Shown here: one piece after another, positions 38,028 through 47,531 of the stretch
How positions within the stretch are numbered: position 1 is the first letter of the stretch
Layout: the number at the start of each line of letters is the position of its first letter
Source: a virus
IMG/VR virus record: IMGVR_UViG_3300025138_000026
Coordinates: 15,644-79,643 of that record
Reading direction: 5' to 3' (one strand)
Length of the DNA stretch: 64,000 nt
Notes under the pieces: generated by a model
What the model was told of the DNA's origin: nothing
What the model saw: the letters and a program-made list of their open reading frames with translations, nothing else
Database searches by the model: none
Translations under genes and position numbers: made by a program

Positions 38028-39574
38028 TACTCTTCAATAAATAAATAAGTTAAGTTTCTAGTAGCTTTCCCGTCCCCTAGGTTTAGACTTGTTGTATCCG
38101 AGGTAATATGAATAACATCCTCATCAACCAATTCATTTAATTCCGCAGTTTTTGATTGCAAAATTTCTTTGGCTTTGAGTATTCCTGCACTTTGACTAAC
38201 TGTAGCTTCAGCTGACACGCTCGCTTGTCCGACAGTTTTTAGATTACTCTGTACAATCTGATCTGTTAAATCTTCTAAATTTAAAAATTTCTCCAATCTA
38301 TTAATTTGATTTGTTTTATTTAAAGTCTTTTTAAATTTAAGTAATCCATCGTCAGATGATTGATATGCATCATCACTAGTGAATACTACACTCTCAGTAA
38401 TCTTTCCCTCGGTTTTTAAGAAGTTTGTTGACCTACTCTTTTCAAAAAATTGAAATGTAGGATGAAATAATCTACGAATTTTTAATGAATATAGAGGCTG
38501 CTCGTTTCCCCAAGAAGCCCTAGTATTTTTAAATTTATCTATATTGTTCTTTCCATCCGATACGTATTCTATAGATAATGAATAACTTATAAATCTTCCA
38601 TCTTTACTCTCAGTTCCAGAATATGATATCACATTCTCTTGAGATTTTTTGGGATCTGTTGAAAAAGAAAGGGAGATAGTTGCTTTATTTCCGTCTGTAG
38701 AGACTGCTTTAGATATAGAGTGTGGGTTGCCAAATTCAACTTGTTCTTCAGCCTTCTTCGCGTCAATAATATTTGCTATAGCTGCATTGATAACATTTTC
38801 AGAATCTAATCTAAGAGAAGTAAGATCTATATTTATAGTTTTGTTTAAGTAACCTCTTTCATCAATACTCAAGTTTTGAGTCTCTTTTTTACTGACCTTA
38901 TTTGCATCATCAACTATTGAAGAATTCACATTCTCCTCTAAAGAAACGCTTAGCCCAATAAGATCATAAGTCTCACTTATCAAGCCCCGAAAATTATTGC
39001 TAATTTTAGCGTTTTCAGATATTCCATCTTCTTGATAACCAAAGTCAGGTCTATTCCCGAAATAATAATTAGTTAAAAAGGTCTTGGCATTATTGAGAAA
39101 TTGATCTCCCGCATCTTGAATATATGTTAAGGATATCTTTCTACTTGAGCTGTAATCAGAGCCATTTCTAGAGAAATCATAAGACTCAGAAAAACTAGAT
39201 ATTGCATGAGGGTTTGGAATGTATTTTGCAAACTCAGAAGAAGAATAATCATCTAATCTTCTATACTCTTCTATTGTAACAGATACAACTTCAGATCCTA
39301 CTAGAGTCCCAGCATCAAAACTATATGAAGTTATTTGACCATTTATATAATCATCAGCTCCGATTCTTGCTGTAATGTTTGGCCTGTTGTAGGCGCTTTC
39401 AATAGCGTCCCTGCCTTTAACTAAAGTAGTGTCTTCTTGTTCAATATTAATATCAGAAACGTCAATCTGATAAGATCCAACAACCTTATAGCCAAATAGC
39501 TCCTCAGTGTTCAGATAAGAATATTCTATCTGAACCGAAGAAGTTAAAACATTTGTTACTATTAAGCTAGCCAT
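38027..39574 (-). CDS. Distal tail protein
   Basis: Immediately downstream of TMP; beta-rich; only 1 [ST]G. Confidence 0.55.
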   Translation of the reverse strand: MASLIVTNVLTSSVQIEYSYLNTEELFGYKVVGSYQIDVSDINIEQEDTTLVKGRDAIESAYNRPNITARIGADDYINGQITSYSFDAGTLVGSEVVSVTIEEYRRLDDYSSSEFAKYIPNPHAISSFSESYDFSRNGSDYSSSRKISLTYIQDAGDQFLNNAKTFLTNYYFGNRPDFGYQEDGISENAKISNNFRGLISETYDLIGLSVSLEENVNSSIVDDANKVSKKETQNLSIDERGYLNKTINIDLTSLRLDSENVINAAIANIIDAKKAEEQVEFGNPHSISKAVSTDGNKATISLSFSTDPKKSQENVISYSGTESKDGRFISYSLSIEYVSDGKNNIDKFKNTRASWGNEQPLYSLKIRRLFHPTFQFFEKSRSTNFLKTEGKITESVVFTSDDAYQSSDDGLLKFKKTLNKTNQINRLEKFLNLEDLTDQIVQSNLKTVGQASVSAEATVSQSAGILKAKEILQSKTAELNELVDEDVIHITSDTTSLNLGDGKATRNLTYLFIEE

Positions 39575-39591
39575 TTTAAATTTTATTATCT

Positions 39592-42500
39592 TTACTCAAG
39601 ATCTGTTTCTGTAGTAAGCTTCCCAACTTTCAACTTTAAGGAGGCTAACTCTTTAGTTAATGTAGTTATTAAGGCTTTCTGAGTTGATACAAATTCAGCG
39701 TTTGTCTCAATTAAACCACTTGTGTCAACAACTGTTTGAGTTATCTTGGCTGAAAATTTATTTAAATTAGCTACATTTGCAGCTGCATTGTTCATTTCAT
39801 CCAACAAGCTATTTATATTCTTAGCTAACCCAGCAGTATCTGCGTCCGTTTCTAATCTTTTGTAATTTTCTTTTGTTATCTCAAGTTGTCTTCTTAAATC
39901 TTCTTGAGTTTTAGTCAATTCATCTATCGCTTTTTTCTCTGACATCCCTTCTCCAGCAAGGAGATCGTCAACAACACTCTCCCCTTTGTAACCTCCTTTT
40001 CTAGCTGCTCTTTCTAGCGCCTCTCTAGACTCTTTATCCCCGAAATAAACTCTAGCTCTGGATTTAGCTCCCATAGCCCCCTCTCCAGAAAATATTTTAG
40101 AAAGTTCAGGCGCTAGTTTCTTAATTAGTTCAGAGAAGTTTTGAGTCAACCCTGCATTCTCTCCACCCTGCTGAACAGCGGCTTGCATTTGAGCTAATTT
40201 ACGGACCTCTTCTCTTGTCATTTCAAAAGTCCCTCCTCTTCTTTCTACAGCAGACTTCCTAGCTTGGATATCTTTTGTAAAAGCTCTTAGATTGGTCATA
40301 GAGTCCATTAAGAAATTCAATGATCCCCCCCCTTTATTTCCCGCTACGGCTTTTTGAATAAAGTTTTCTGAAGCTTGAACTTCTTTTTCTTTTAGTTTTG
40401 ATTTTTGCTTCTCTATATCTAATATACCTTTTTCAAGAGCTACCATTTTATTCTTAAATGAAATAGCCGACTTATTCACAATTGAATCAAAGTTTTCTCC
40501 AGCTGAAGTTACAGCATCCTGAAGCCCCTTTAAATCTTCTTCCGAAATTCCAGATCCAAACTTATTGGCTTCATCAAATTGTTTTTGAGCTATTGCTTTT
40601 TCATTTCTGGCTGCATTAATATCCCTAAACATTAAGTTTTGTTCAGAGGCTAATCCTACAGCGCCAGCGAAGGGACCAGAGACAGATTCAGATAACTGGG
40701 TTCTTAGTGTACCCTGAGTTTGCTCTGATTTAATTCTATCACCCACAAGAGCGCCCATAGCTAGAGCTTCTCTAGCCTTAGCTAACTTAAAACTTGCGAC
40801 TCCTATAGCATCATTTGCCTTAATTATGTTTTCTTGATTTTTTAGTTCTGCCTTTTCGGTTAAGAATCTAGTACCCGCTAGCCTCATCGCAGCTTGATTT
40901 AAATTATGTTGAACTATTTCTCTCTCTTTATCCGAAATCTCTTCTCCCCTTTTGCCCCGCTCAAGGATTTCTGTTTTGGCTGCTAAAGCTGCTGAATAAG
41001 CGTTTTCAAGACCTACAGAGGCTGCAAAACCATCTGACTGTTTAACAAATTCTAAATTCTTTTTTACTTCTTCATTAAATGTAGATACGTCAAAATCTAA
41101 AACTCCAGATTCTCTAGCCTCTCTAGAGGAAGCCTGTTTCCTAAGCTTTACTTCTTGGTCTGCTCCTTCAGAGTCTCCTAATTTGCCGCCTAAGTATCCT
41201 CCTATTGCTCCCCCTATAATAGTCCCAACAACAGGTACTACAGAACCAATCAGTCCACCTATCAAAGCTCCACCCGTAGAGCCAGCGGCACTTTTATATC
41301 TCTCGTCTTTTTGAGACTGTTCTAAATCTTTATCAAAGAAAGCTGAACCAGCTTGAAATGCTCCCACCCCAATTGCTCCGACAGTTCCGAGTCTTTTAGC
41401 CGCCACACCCGCTTGAGAACCCTTCATTGCAGCTTGTGGGCCAAGTCCCATTTTTCTAAACTTGCCATAATCTCTCATTTGAGACATCTGACCCTTTCCT
41501 CCTCTTCCTAGATTGCCCAGAAAACCTGTTGAAGCAGCACCTCCTAAACCAGCTCCTCCTCCCAAAAGGAATTTCCCAGCTGCACCAGCCCCCCCTCCAG
41601 TAACGAGATTTAGGGTACTTAAAGTTATTAGTGCGTTAGCTGCTATTGAAGCACCCTCTGCTAGACTCTGCATTGCTGATTTTGCTCCTACTCTAGCCTT
41701 GCCTTCTTCTTTAATAGCTTTGATGCCAGATTTTATGTCTGCATAACTTTTTTTACTTTGTTTTAAAGATTCTATTTCCTCTGAAGTACTAGCATCTACA
41801 GCGTTTTTATTTTGTTCGTAACTTGATGTTACGCCTCCCAAGATACCTTGTAGTGAGAAAAGACCAATCATTAATGCACCAGTCGGACCAGTTTCGCCGC
41901 CTCCACCAGTATCCCCTTTAGCCCCTTTAGCCCCTTTAGTCCCTTTAGCAAACTTAGGCATATAGCCTCCAGCAAAACTTTTCTTAGAAAACTTGGGCCT
42001 CTTAACCGTAGTATATCTCCCTTGGTTAGCTAATTTTTTAGCAAAACTAGAATAACTATTCTTTCCAGCATTCTCCTTATAATCATACAGGTTTGTCGCT
42101 TGGTTTTTAACTCCAAACATGGTGTTAACATCTTTGCGTTTCTCTCCACTAACCCCCTTAATATCAAAATCTCCCCCATCGACCTTTCGGGCTGGACTAA
42201 TTCCTAATCCAACATTAACAGCAGCTTCAAATGCCGCGCCAACAACTCCTCTGAGTGCTCCTTTACCACCACCCTGTCTTTGTAGCATTTTGCTAATTTG
42301 AGATGGTTTAGGCTTACCTAGAATAGGATTTAACGATCCAGCATAGTTTGCTGCACTTGTAGTAACCCCTCTTGTTATATTCTTCCTCAGTCTTTCGTCT
42401 TGAGGGTTGGCTGCTCCATCAACAGTTTCTGGAACCTTGGGTCCATAAACACCCAATCCCGCCCCGTATTCAAACCCCATGTTCTTACCCTTGAATTTAA

Positions 42501-44511
42501 ATCTACCTCTAGTCCCCTTATTTATTCTAGAGGTTTTACCTATATTCGGAACAAGCATAGCTGATCCAGTAGGATTAACTTGAATTACATCCTCCATTTT
42601 TTGAGTAGGCGCAACCTTCGGGGCTGCTCCGAATCTACTACTGGCAGCAGCTCCACTATATCCAGCATCTATAGCTTGTTGCCTAGTTGTTATATCTGTC
42701 CTATTCTTGAGGGGAGATAAAAACCCTCTGTTATATTTGGGTAGATTTCCTCCAGCATACATGGGGATAACAGCAGAATTTCCTCCTGCAAAATTAGGTA
42801 TCTCTACCTCATTGTCATTCATGACAAATCTACGGCCACCAATAGTCCCCTTACCGAAATGAGCTTGCACATTATTAGGAGCGCCAAGCATTCTAGCGGT
42901 AGCCTCTTCCTCCATAAATCCAGAAGCATAACGCTTGCCCCGCCGACCCTTAAAAGTCCCAGAAGTAGCACTAAACCCAGTAACACCTTTCGCGGCAGCA
43001 GAGGTCGCAATTTGCCTCACCAACTGGGCTTGTCGCTCCAAAAGTTTGTTTTCGCTCCTTATAGCATTTAAAACTAATTGTTCTTTTTGGGCTTGAGTTA
43101 TTGTCGAGCTTGTAATTGCATTTCTAAGGCTTTCATCCTTTTGCAGCAAACCGACGATCCCCCCTTCAATATTTTTAATCCTCTCTGTCTGGGTTCCAAT
43201 CGCGAACAAGGATTTTAATCCGTCTCCAGCGAACCTAGCGACTAATTTGAAAATCTTAATAAAAGCAGCTGTAAAGATGACTACAGCGGGGCCACTCAGG
43301 AAACTACCTATGGCTTTAAACAATCCTTTAATAAACGTATTGCCCTTATCTGGATCAAGAGCCTTATCCAAAAACTCTGTAAACTTATTGGCTAAACCAA
43401 TTAGGTTTTGTAGAAGAGGCCCAAAAGTAATTGTCCCTATCTTTTCAGAAAGACTGGTTAAACCCTGAACAAGTACATTTATTTGAGATGATATTGATTT
43501 GCTTAACTCTGCGTTCTTTTGAAAAGCTTCATTTGTGGCTTGAGAGGCTGTTCTCGCTGCACTGGCAAATATAGAAGTATCAGAACCCAAGTCTTTTAAA
43601 GCAGCACTAACAACGTTAATTTGGAATACGCCACCTGCGAGTTCTTTGATTTGAGAAGCCACAGTTGGATCGGAGACATTCTGCAAGGCTACAGATAAAG
43701 CGTTGAGTTTTTGAATTCCTGTTTGAGTCGCATCAATTTCAACCCCCAACTCTTTAAGTTTGTCAATTGTACTTCCCCTAGATATTCTAGTGAAAATAGA
43801 TTTAAATGCGTTACCAATAACCGCTCCTCCCCTAGCTGTCTTTTGTTCTACAGCTGTCACAAGCCCCAAGAGCTGATCAAAACTAACTCCAGCATCCTCC
43901 GCTGTAGATCCAGCACGACTAAATGCCTCTGCCAAATCCTGAGCAGATACAGCGAAAGCTGTGTCAACAGCAACCAATTTATTAACGATTTGATTTGCGT
44001 TTAATCCAGCAGATGCAAACCCGTTAATCGCAGCAGTGAGGGCTTTAACAGATTTCTCTGCATCTAATCCAGAGATTCTCGTTAGGACTAAAGACGCTTT
44101 TAGTCTTTTAGCGGTCTCTTCTGCGCTTAGACCTTGCCTAGCTAATTCAGCAGCACCATCTGCAACGGTCGCAAATGATTGGCCAGTTTCTTTTGCAACC
44201 TTAAATATTGAATTCCTAAATTTATTGAATGTCGCGTCAGTAGCTTGAAAAATAGAGTTTATTTCAATTAATCGTTTTTCTACTTCAATAGTTGAAGAAA
44301 CTAATTTTTTAAAAGATTGAGTTACTCCGTTTAGAACGGCGGTAGTAGCTCCAAATGCAAAGACACGAGCCGTGGAAGCATCCAGAGATTTCTGGAACTC
44401 CGAGGCTTGTCCCGTGATTCTCCCTAAAGCCTGTTGAACCTGCTTCGTAGAAGAATTCAGGCTCTGCGGGTTTAGAGAGACATTTAGGGATGCATTTAGA
44501 CTGGTAGCCAT
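39592..44511 (-). CDS. Tail tape measure protein
   Basis: 1639 aa, Ala/Gly-rich helical; TP901-type core (ELARQGL, KLVAVD, GAVIGNAFKSIFTRI); follows the chaperone pair. Confidence 0.9.
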   Translation of the reverse strand: MATSLNASLNVSLNPQSLNSSTKQVQQALGRITGQASEFQKSLDASTARVFAFGATTAVLNGVTQSFKKLVSSTIEVEKRLIEINSIFQATDATFNKFRNSIFKVAKETGQSFATVADGAAELARQGLSAEETAKRLKASLVLTRISGLDAEKSVKALTAAINGFASAGLNANQIVNKLVAVDTAFAVSAQDLAEAFSRAGSTAEDAGVSFDQLLGLVTAVEQKTARGGAVIGNAFKSIFTRISRGSTIDKLKELGVEIDATQTGIQKLNALSVALQNVSDPTVASQIKELAGGVFQINVVSAALKDLGSDTSIFASAARTASQATNEAFQKNAELSKSISSQINVLVQGLTSLSEKIGTITFGPLLQNLIGLANKFTEFLDKALDPDKGNTFIKGLFKAIGSFLSGPAVVIFTAAFIKIFKLVARFAGDGLKSLFAIGTQTERIKNIEGGIVGLLQKDESLRNAITSSTITQAQKEQLVLNAIRSENKLLERQAQLVRQIATSAAAKGVTGFSATSGTFKGRRGKRYASGFMEEEATARMLGAPNNVQAHFGKGTIGGRRFVMNDNEVEIPNFAGGNSAVIPMYAGGNLPKYNRGFLSPLKNRTDITTRQQAIDAGYSGAAASSRFGAAPKVAPTQKMEDVIQVNPTGSAMLVPNIGKTSRINKGTRGRFKFKGKNMGFEYGAGLGVYGPKVPETVDGAANPQDERLRKNITRGVTTSAANYAGSLNPILGKPKPSQISKMLQRQGGGKGALRGVVGAAFEAAVNVGLGISPARKVDGGDFDIKGVSGEKRKDVNTMFGVKNQATNLYDYKENAGKNSYSSFAKKLANQGRYTTVKRPKFSKKSFAGGYMPKFAKGTKGAKGAKGDTGGGGETGPTGALMIGLFSLQGILGGVTSSYEQNKNAVDASTSEEIESLKQSKKSYADIKSGIKAIKEEGKARVGAKSAMQSLAEGASIAANALITLSTLNLVTGGGAGAAGKFLLGGGAGLGGAASTGFLGNLGRGGKGQMSQMRDYGKFRKMGLGPQAAMKGSQAGVAAKRLGTVGAIGVGAFQAGSAFFDKDLEQSQKDERYKSAAGSTGGALIGGLIGSVVPVVGTIIGGAIGGYLGGKLGDSEGADQEVKLRKQASSREARESGVLDFDVSTFNEEVKKNLEFVKQSDGFAASVGLENAYSAALAAKTEILERGKRGEEISDKEREIVQHNLNQAAMRLAGTRFLTEKAELKNQENIIKANDAIGVASFKLAKAREALAMGALVGDRIKSEQTQGTLRTQLSESVSGPFAGAVGLASEQNLMFRDINAARNEKAIAQKQFDEANKFGSGISEEDLKGLQDAVTSAGENFDSIVNKSAISFKNKMVALEKGILDIEKQKSKLKEKEVQASENFIQKAVAGNKGGGSLNFLMDSMTNLRAFTKDIQARKSAVERRGGTFEMTREEVRKLAQMQAAVQQGGENAGLTQNFSELIKKLAPELSKIFSGEGAMGAKSRARVYFGDKESREALERAARKGGYKGESVVDDLLAGEGMSEKKAIDELTKTQEDLRRQLEITKENYKRLETDADTAGLAKNINSLLDEMNNAAANVANLNKFSAKITQTVVDTSGLIETNAEFVSTQKALITTLTKELASLKLKVGKLTTETDLE
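41913..41948 (-). repeat. 9-nt tandem repeat x4 in TMP
   Basis: (c/t)ccctttag x4 encodes AKG-TKG-AKG-AKG. Confidence 0.85.
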
Positions 44512-44521
44512 ATAGTGTAAT

Positions 44522-44527
44522 TTACAC
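44522..44527 (-). promoter_or_regulatory. GTGTAA motif (within the dyad GTGTAAATTACAC)
   Basis: 10 nt before the TMP ATG. Confidence 0.55.
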
Positions 44528-44530
44528 CTA

Positions 44531-45400
44531 TCAGCTTAAAAAGTCCTCTGCTTTAAGTTCTCCCCCTCTTACTTGAGATTTACGTCTTAGATCATCTAGA
44601 CCATGAGAAACCTTTGTGTCCTTCTCTTCTTTCTCCTCGTAATTCATCATTCTTACTGGGTCTCCATAAATTTCCTCGGGTATTCTTGTGTTTTTAATCT
44701 TATTTAATAACCCATTGGAGACTACGATTAGATATTTTTGAAAGTTTGTTATATCCTCAAATGTCTTACCCAAGAGCGTTAAAGGATTCCCATCTTGAGC
44801 AGAGAATAAATCAAAAAACCCACCAAAATAAGAGGCTTTTAATATTGATTCTCGATTATTGAGTTCCCCATACCTAGAGAACATAGCTGTAGTAAAAACA
44901 AGCTCTTGCTCTTGAGTCGGAGATTCTGTAAAATCTAAATCCATAAAAATAGACTGTTTAAACATCCTCTTAACTCTTTTTACTTCAGATAAGTGCTCCG
45001 CACTATAAGAAGTTATATTGGCTCTTTTAACCCTGATTTCTTTGAGTTCGTCTTCTTGACTATCTATCTGCCTCTTGAATATTTCCTTTTGCTTGGGATC
45101 TTCAATCTTACCGAAAGCTGTAAGTGATTTTTTTATAGTCCACTCTAAGGACTTTATTTTATCCTCTTTCTGCACTGACCAAGACTTTCTTTTAATAGCG
45201 GTCTCAACTAGATCTTTCTCGGTCTTAATACCTGATTTTATAGATCGACTAATATCAAGCTCTTGTAGGTTATCTAATTCAAGAAGTTCAAGCACAGTAA
45301 AGTGCTTGAAATAGCATTGACTATCAGAACTTGTTAAAACACTGTATCCACGAACTATGTCTAATAAGTCAATAGAGTATTTATTCTCCTTGTTGTTCAT
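44531..45400 (-). CDS. Putative tail assembly chaperone 2
   Basis: Charged helical protein directly upstream of TMP. Confidence 0.5.
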   Translation of the reverse strand: MNNKENKYSIDLLDIVRGYSVLTSSDSQCYFKHFTVLELLELDNLQELDISRSIKSGIKTEKDLVETAIKRKSWSVQKEDKIKSLEWTIKKSLTAFGKIEDPKQKEIFKRQIDSQEDELKEIRVKRANITSYSAEHLSEVKRVKRMFKQSIFMDLDFTESPTQEQELVFTTAMFSRYGELNNRESILKASYFGGFFDLFSAQDGNPLTLLGKTFEDITNFQKYLIVVSNGLLNKIKNTRIPEEIYGDPVRMMNYEEKEEKDTKVSHGLDDLRRKSQVRGGELKAEDFLS

Positions 45401-46193
45401 CTAAAGCTTCTGCTTCAGGTTCAAACAGGTCTTTTAGAGCTTCATCAATTGATTTCTGATCATTGCCCATTTTATTATACCAAATACTAGCAACCCTAAT
45501 AAGCTTCTCAAAACACTCGTCGTAAATCTTTTTGGCTCTTAAGAATGTAGCGTCTTCAATGTCTTCGTCTTCAGCTTCTTGTAGTCTAATCAAGAACATC
45601 CGTTTTTGCTCAAATTCGTCTCCTTCAAAAATATCAAACAAATCTTTCTTGTCATTGATACTATCTTCAAAATAAGAGAAGTTTAACACCAGCCACTCAA
45701 TAACTTTTATCTCAGCTTTTGAGTCTGCAGTTTGACTGAATTGAGACCTTAGAGAAGTTTCATATTCATGTAGTTGAACTCTAGTATGCGTGAACAGTTT
45801 TTTAGCTTCTTCTAACTGCTCTTTTTGCTCTTCAGACAAATCTTTTGCACCAGCAAAAAACTCAATTGTTCTTGAGGATTCCATATTATCAATGATAATC
45901 TGGTTCATGGCTTCTTGGGACGTTTTAGAAGTAAGCCCGCCCATGTCTCCAAGTTTCTTAGACAGCATAGCTTTAGTTAAAAATCCAGCGTTAATATATT
46001 CGTTGTATTTCTGCCCGTAGAAGAACTCGGCGTCTTCAAGGTCTAGAATAGATGGCTTCCGAAAAACAATTCTATTCTTAATGGTGTTTTTTACTTTTTT
46101 AGTAGTTTCAACTGGACCATTTTTAGTTTTTTTGACATGAGGAACCTCTTTCTCAATGGTTCTCTTTACATCAAACGAGTATAGCTCTTTCAT
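45381..46193 (-). CDS. Putative tail assembly chaperone 1
   Basis: Acidic helical protein between the tube genes and TMP. Confidence 0.5.
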   Translation of the reverse strand: MKELYSFDVKRTIEKEVPHVKKTKNGPVETTKKVKNTIKNRIVFRKPSILDLEDAEFFYGQKYNEYINAGFLTKAMLSKKLGDMGGLTSKTSQEAMNQIIIDNMESSRTIEFFAGAKDLSEEQKEQLEEAKKLFTHTRVQLHEYETSLRSQFSQTADSKAEIKVIEWLVLNFSYFEDSINDKKDLFDIFEGDEFEQKRMFLIRLQEAEDEDIEDATFLRAKKIYDECFEKLIRVASIWYNKMGNDQKSIDEALKDLFEPEAEALDEQQGE

Positions 46194-46200
46194 GTATATT

Positions 46201-46228
46201 ATTATATAAATATACAGAAAAAAATCAA
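46201..46228 (-). promoter_or_regulatory. sigma70-type promoter
   Basis: TTGATT-16 nt-TATAAT, 7 nt before ATG 46193. Confidence 0.6.
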
Positions 46229-46626
46229 CTTATACAACCTGTGGCCTCTAAAGAAAGTACCGAGTCCCCATGTTTAGTGAACATAACTAGATTTGACCTT
46301 CCATTCAAAACGCTATCTCCCGTCACATCTAATCCATTAGCTATTAAAATATCATCTTTATAATAAGAAAACGTGGAGTTTAGAAAATCATGATGTATTT
46401 CAAGGTCAAAGGGGACTCCGCTTCTATAACCCCCAAAGAAATTACCACTTTGGTCAAATATATAACCTTCCGCTCCAGAAAACGTCATTAAGTTAGCTGT
46501 TTTAAAACCTCCGTCTATACCTGTCTCCATAATGGAAAACTCAAAACCACTGATAGGAGAATCAATCGTTACATCTACATTGTAGATACAATTTTTATAA
46601 TTTGGTAGGTTTCCGCTAGTAATCAT
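46225..46626 (-). CDS. Small virion protein, [ST]G-rich
   Basis: 8 [ST]G in 133 aa; in the tail operon. Confidence 0.55.
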   Translation of the reverse strand: MITSGNLPNYKNCIYNVDVTIDSPISGFEFSIMETGIDGGFKTANLMTFSGAEGYIFDQSGNFFGGYRSGVPFDLEIHHDFLNSTFSYYKDDILIANGLDVTGDSVLNGRSNLVMFTKHGDSVLSLEATGCIS

Positions 46627-47468
46627 TTTATTATTGGGAAATAGTAAGAGAAACTTACAGAAGTATTATCGTCTAGAGAAGTCGATTCCTCAACAGATTC
46701 TAAACAACAGCCACTTGTAGTAAAATCTAAAATAGATTCATTGTCTCTACCTTTTAAGTCGATAGTAATCACCCCGCTTTCGCAAACTAGACTGGAAATA
46801 TTAATTCCAGTAACATCTGTCTTTAAAACATTAAAATTAAGACTCCCCTGAGCTGGCATCTGAGGATATCTGTATTGAGGGACTCTAGTACCCAACCTAG
46901 TTACAGGAGTCTTTTGAAGAGAAACTGATATAGAAAAATCTTGTATATTTAAGCCAGTAGTATCTATTCCTTCGTCGCCGTTAGAAGATGTGTAGATCTC
47001 GATATCTTCAGGTCTAAAGAACCCGTCAAATATATCGTTAGATTCACTTGTTAAAGCTCCAGCGTTAGTAAAAATAGCTCCATCTCCCTCGTAAGAAGAA
47101 GATCCCTTAACAATATCCCCCACAGATCCATTAATAGAATAAGATGTTAAAGCTGCTCCAGAAATAGTGGTCACACCAACAGAGTCCTTTGCTTTAAATT
47201 CAAAAAAACCAGTAGATAAAAAACCTGACTTCATATTTTGGTAGCTGTAAATAGGGTCAATCCCAGTAGCTCCAGTTGTTAAATTAACGTCATAGGTTAA
47301 TGTGGTAGATTGGTTGGAGGTTAATATTCTGTCTACAGAGTGGGAAGCTCCTAATCTTTGGATATCAACAACACTCTTAGGAGATGAAATAGATAGCGAG
47401 GTTACAGAAGGAATCCGCTGATCATCTACAAAAAGCTGAACATCACTAGAATGAATCCTATCTGGCAT
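46623..47468 (-). CDS. Minor tail tube-like protein (paralog of major tail protein)
   Basis: Shares RI.S, IQRLG/IREFG, SYSIN.SVG, RPEDI/RPEDV, IQ..SI.V.L.TP..LG and LDDN with 47532..48812. Confidence 0.7.
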   Translation of the reverse strand: MPDRIHSSDVQLFVDDQRIPSVTSLSISSPKSVVDIQRLGASHSVDRILTSNQSTTLTYDVNLTTGATGIDPIYSYQNMKSGFLSTGFFEFKAKDSVGVTTISGAALTSYSINGSVGDIVKGSSSYEGDGAIFTNAGALTSESNDIFDGFFRPEDIEIYTSSNGDEGIDTTGLNIQDFSISVSLQKTPVTRLGTRVPQYRYPQMPAQGSLNFNVLKTDVTGINISSLVCESGVITIDLKGRDNESILDFTTSGCCLESVEESTSLDDNTSVSFSYYFPIIK

Positions 47469-47476
47469 ATAGTAGT

Positions 47477-47482
47477 TTACAC
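47477..47482 (-). promoter_or_regulatory. GTGTAA motif
   Basis: Directly after the terminator, 8 nt before ATG 47468. Confidence 0.6.
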
Positions 47483-47513
47483 AAAAAAGCCCCGCATTCC
47501 TGCGAGGCTTTTT
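47483..47513 (-). terminator. Intrinsic terminator after the major tail gene
   Basis: GCCUCGCA-GGAA-UGCGGGGC-UUUUUU. Confidence 0.85.
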
Positions 47514-47531
47514 CTAGATATAATAGTTATA

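Noticed and set aside
41513-44248. Short plus-strand ORFs opposite the tape measure, and similar antisense ORFs elsewhere
   Set aside because: Fully nested antisense to well-supported genes, with no independent signals.
44531-46193. Programmed frameshift between the tail chaperone genes
   Set aside because: No XXXYYYZ slippery heptamer seen near the 20-nt overlap, and the second gene has its own ATG.
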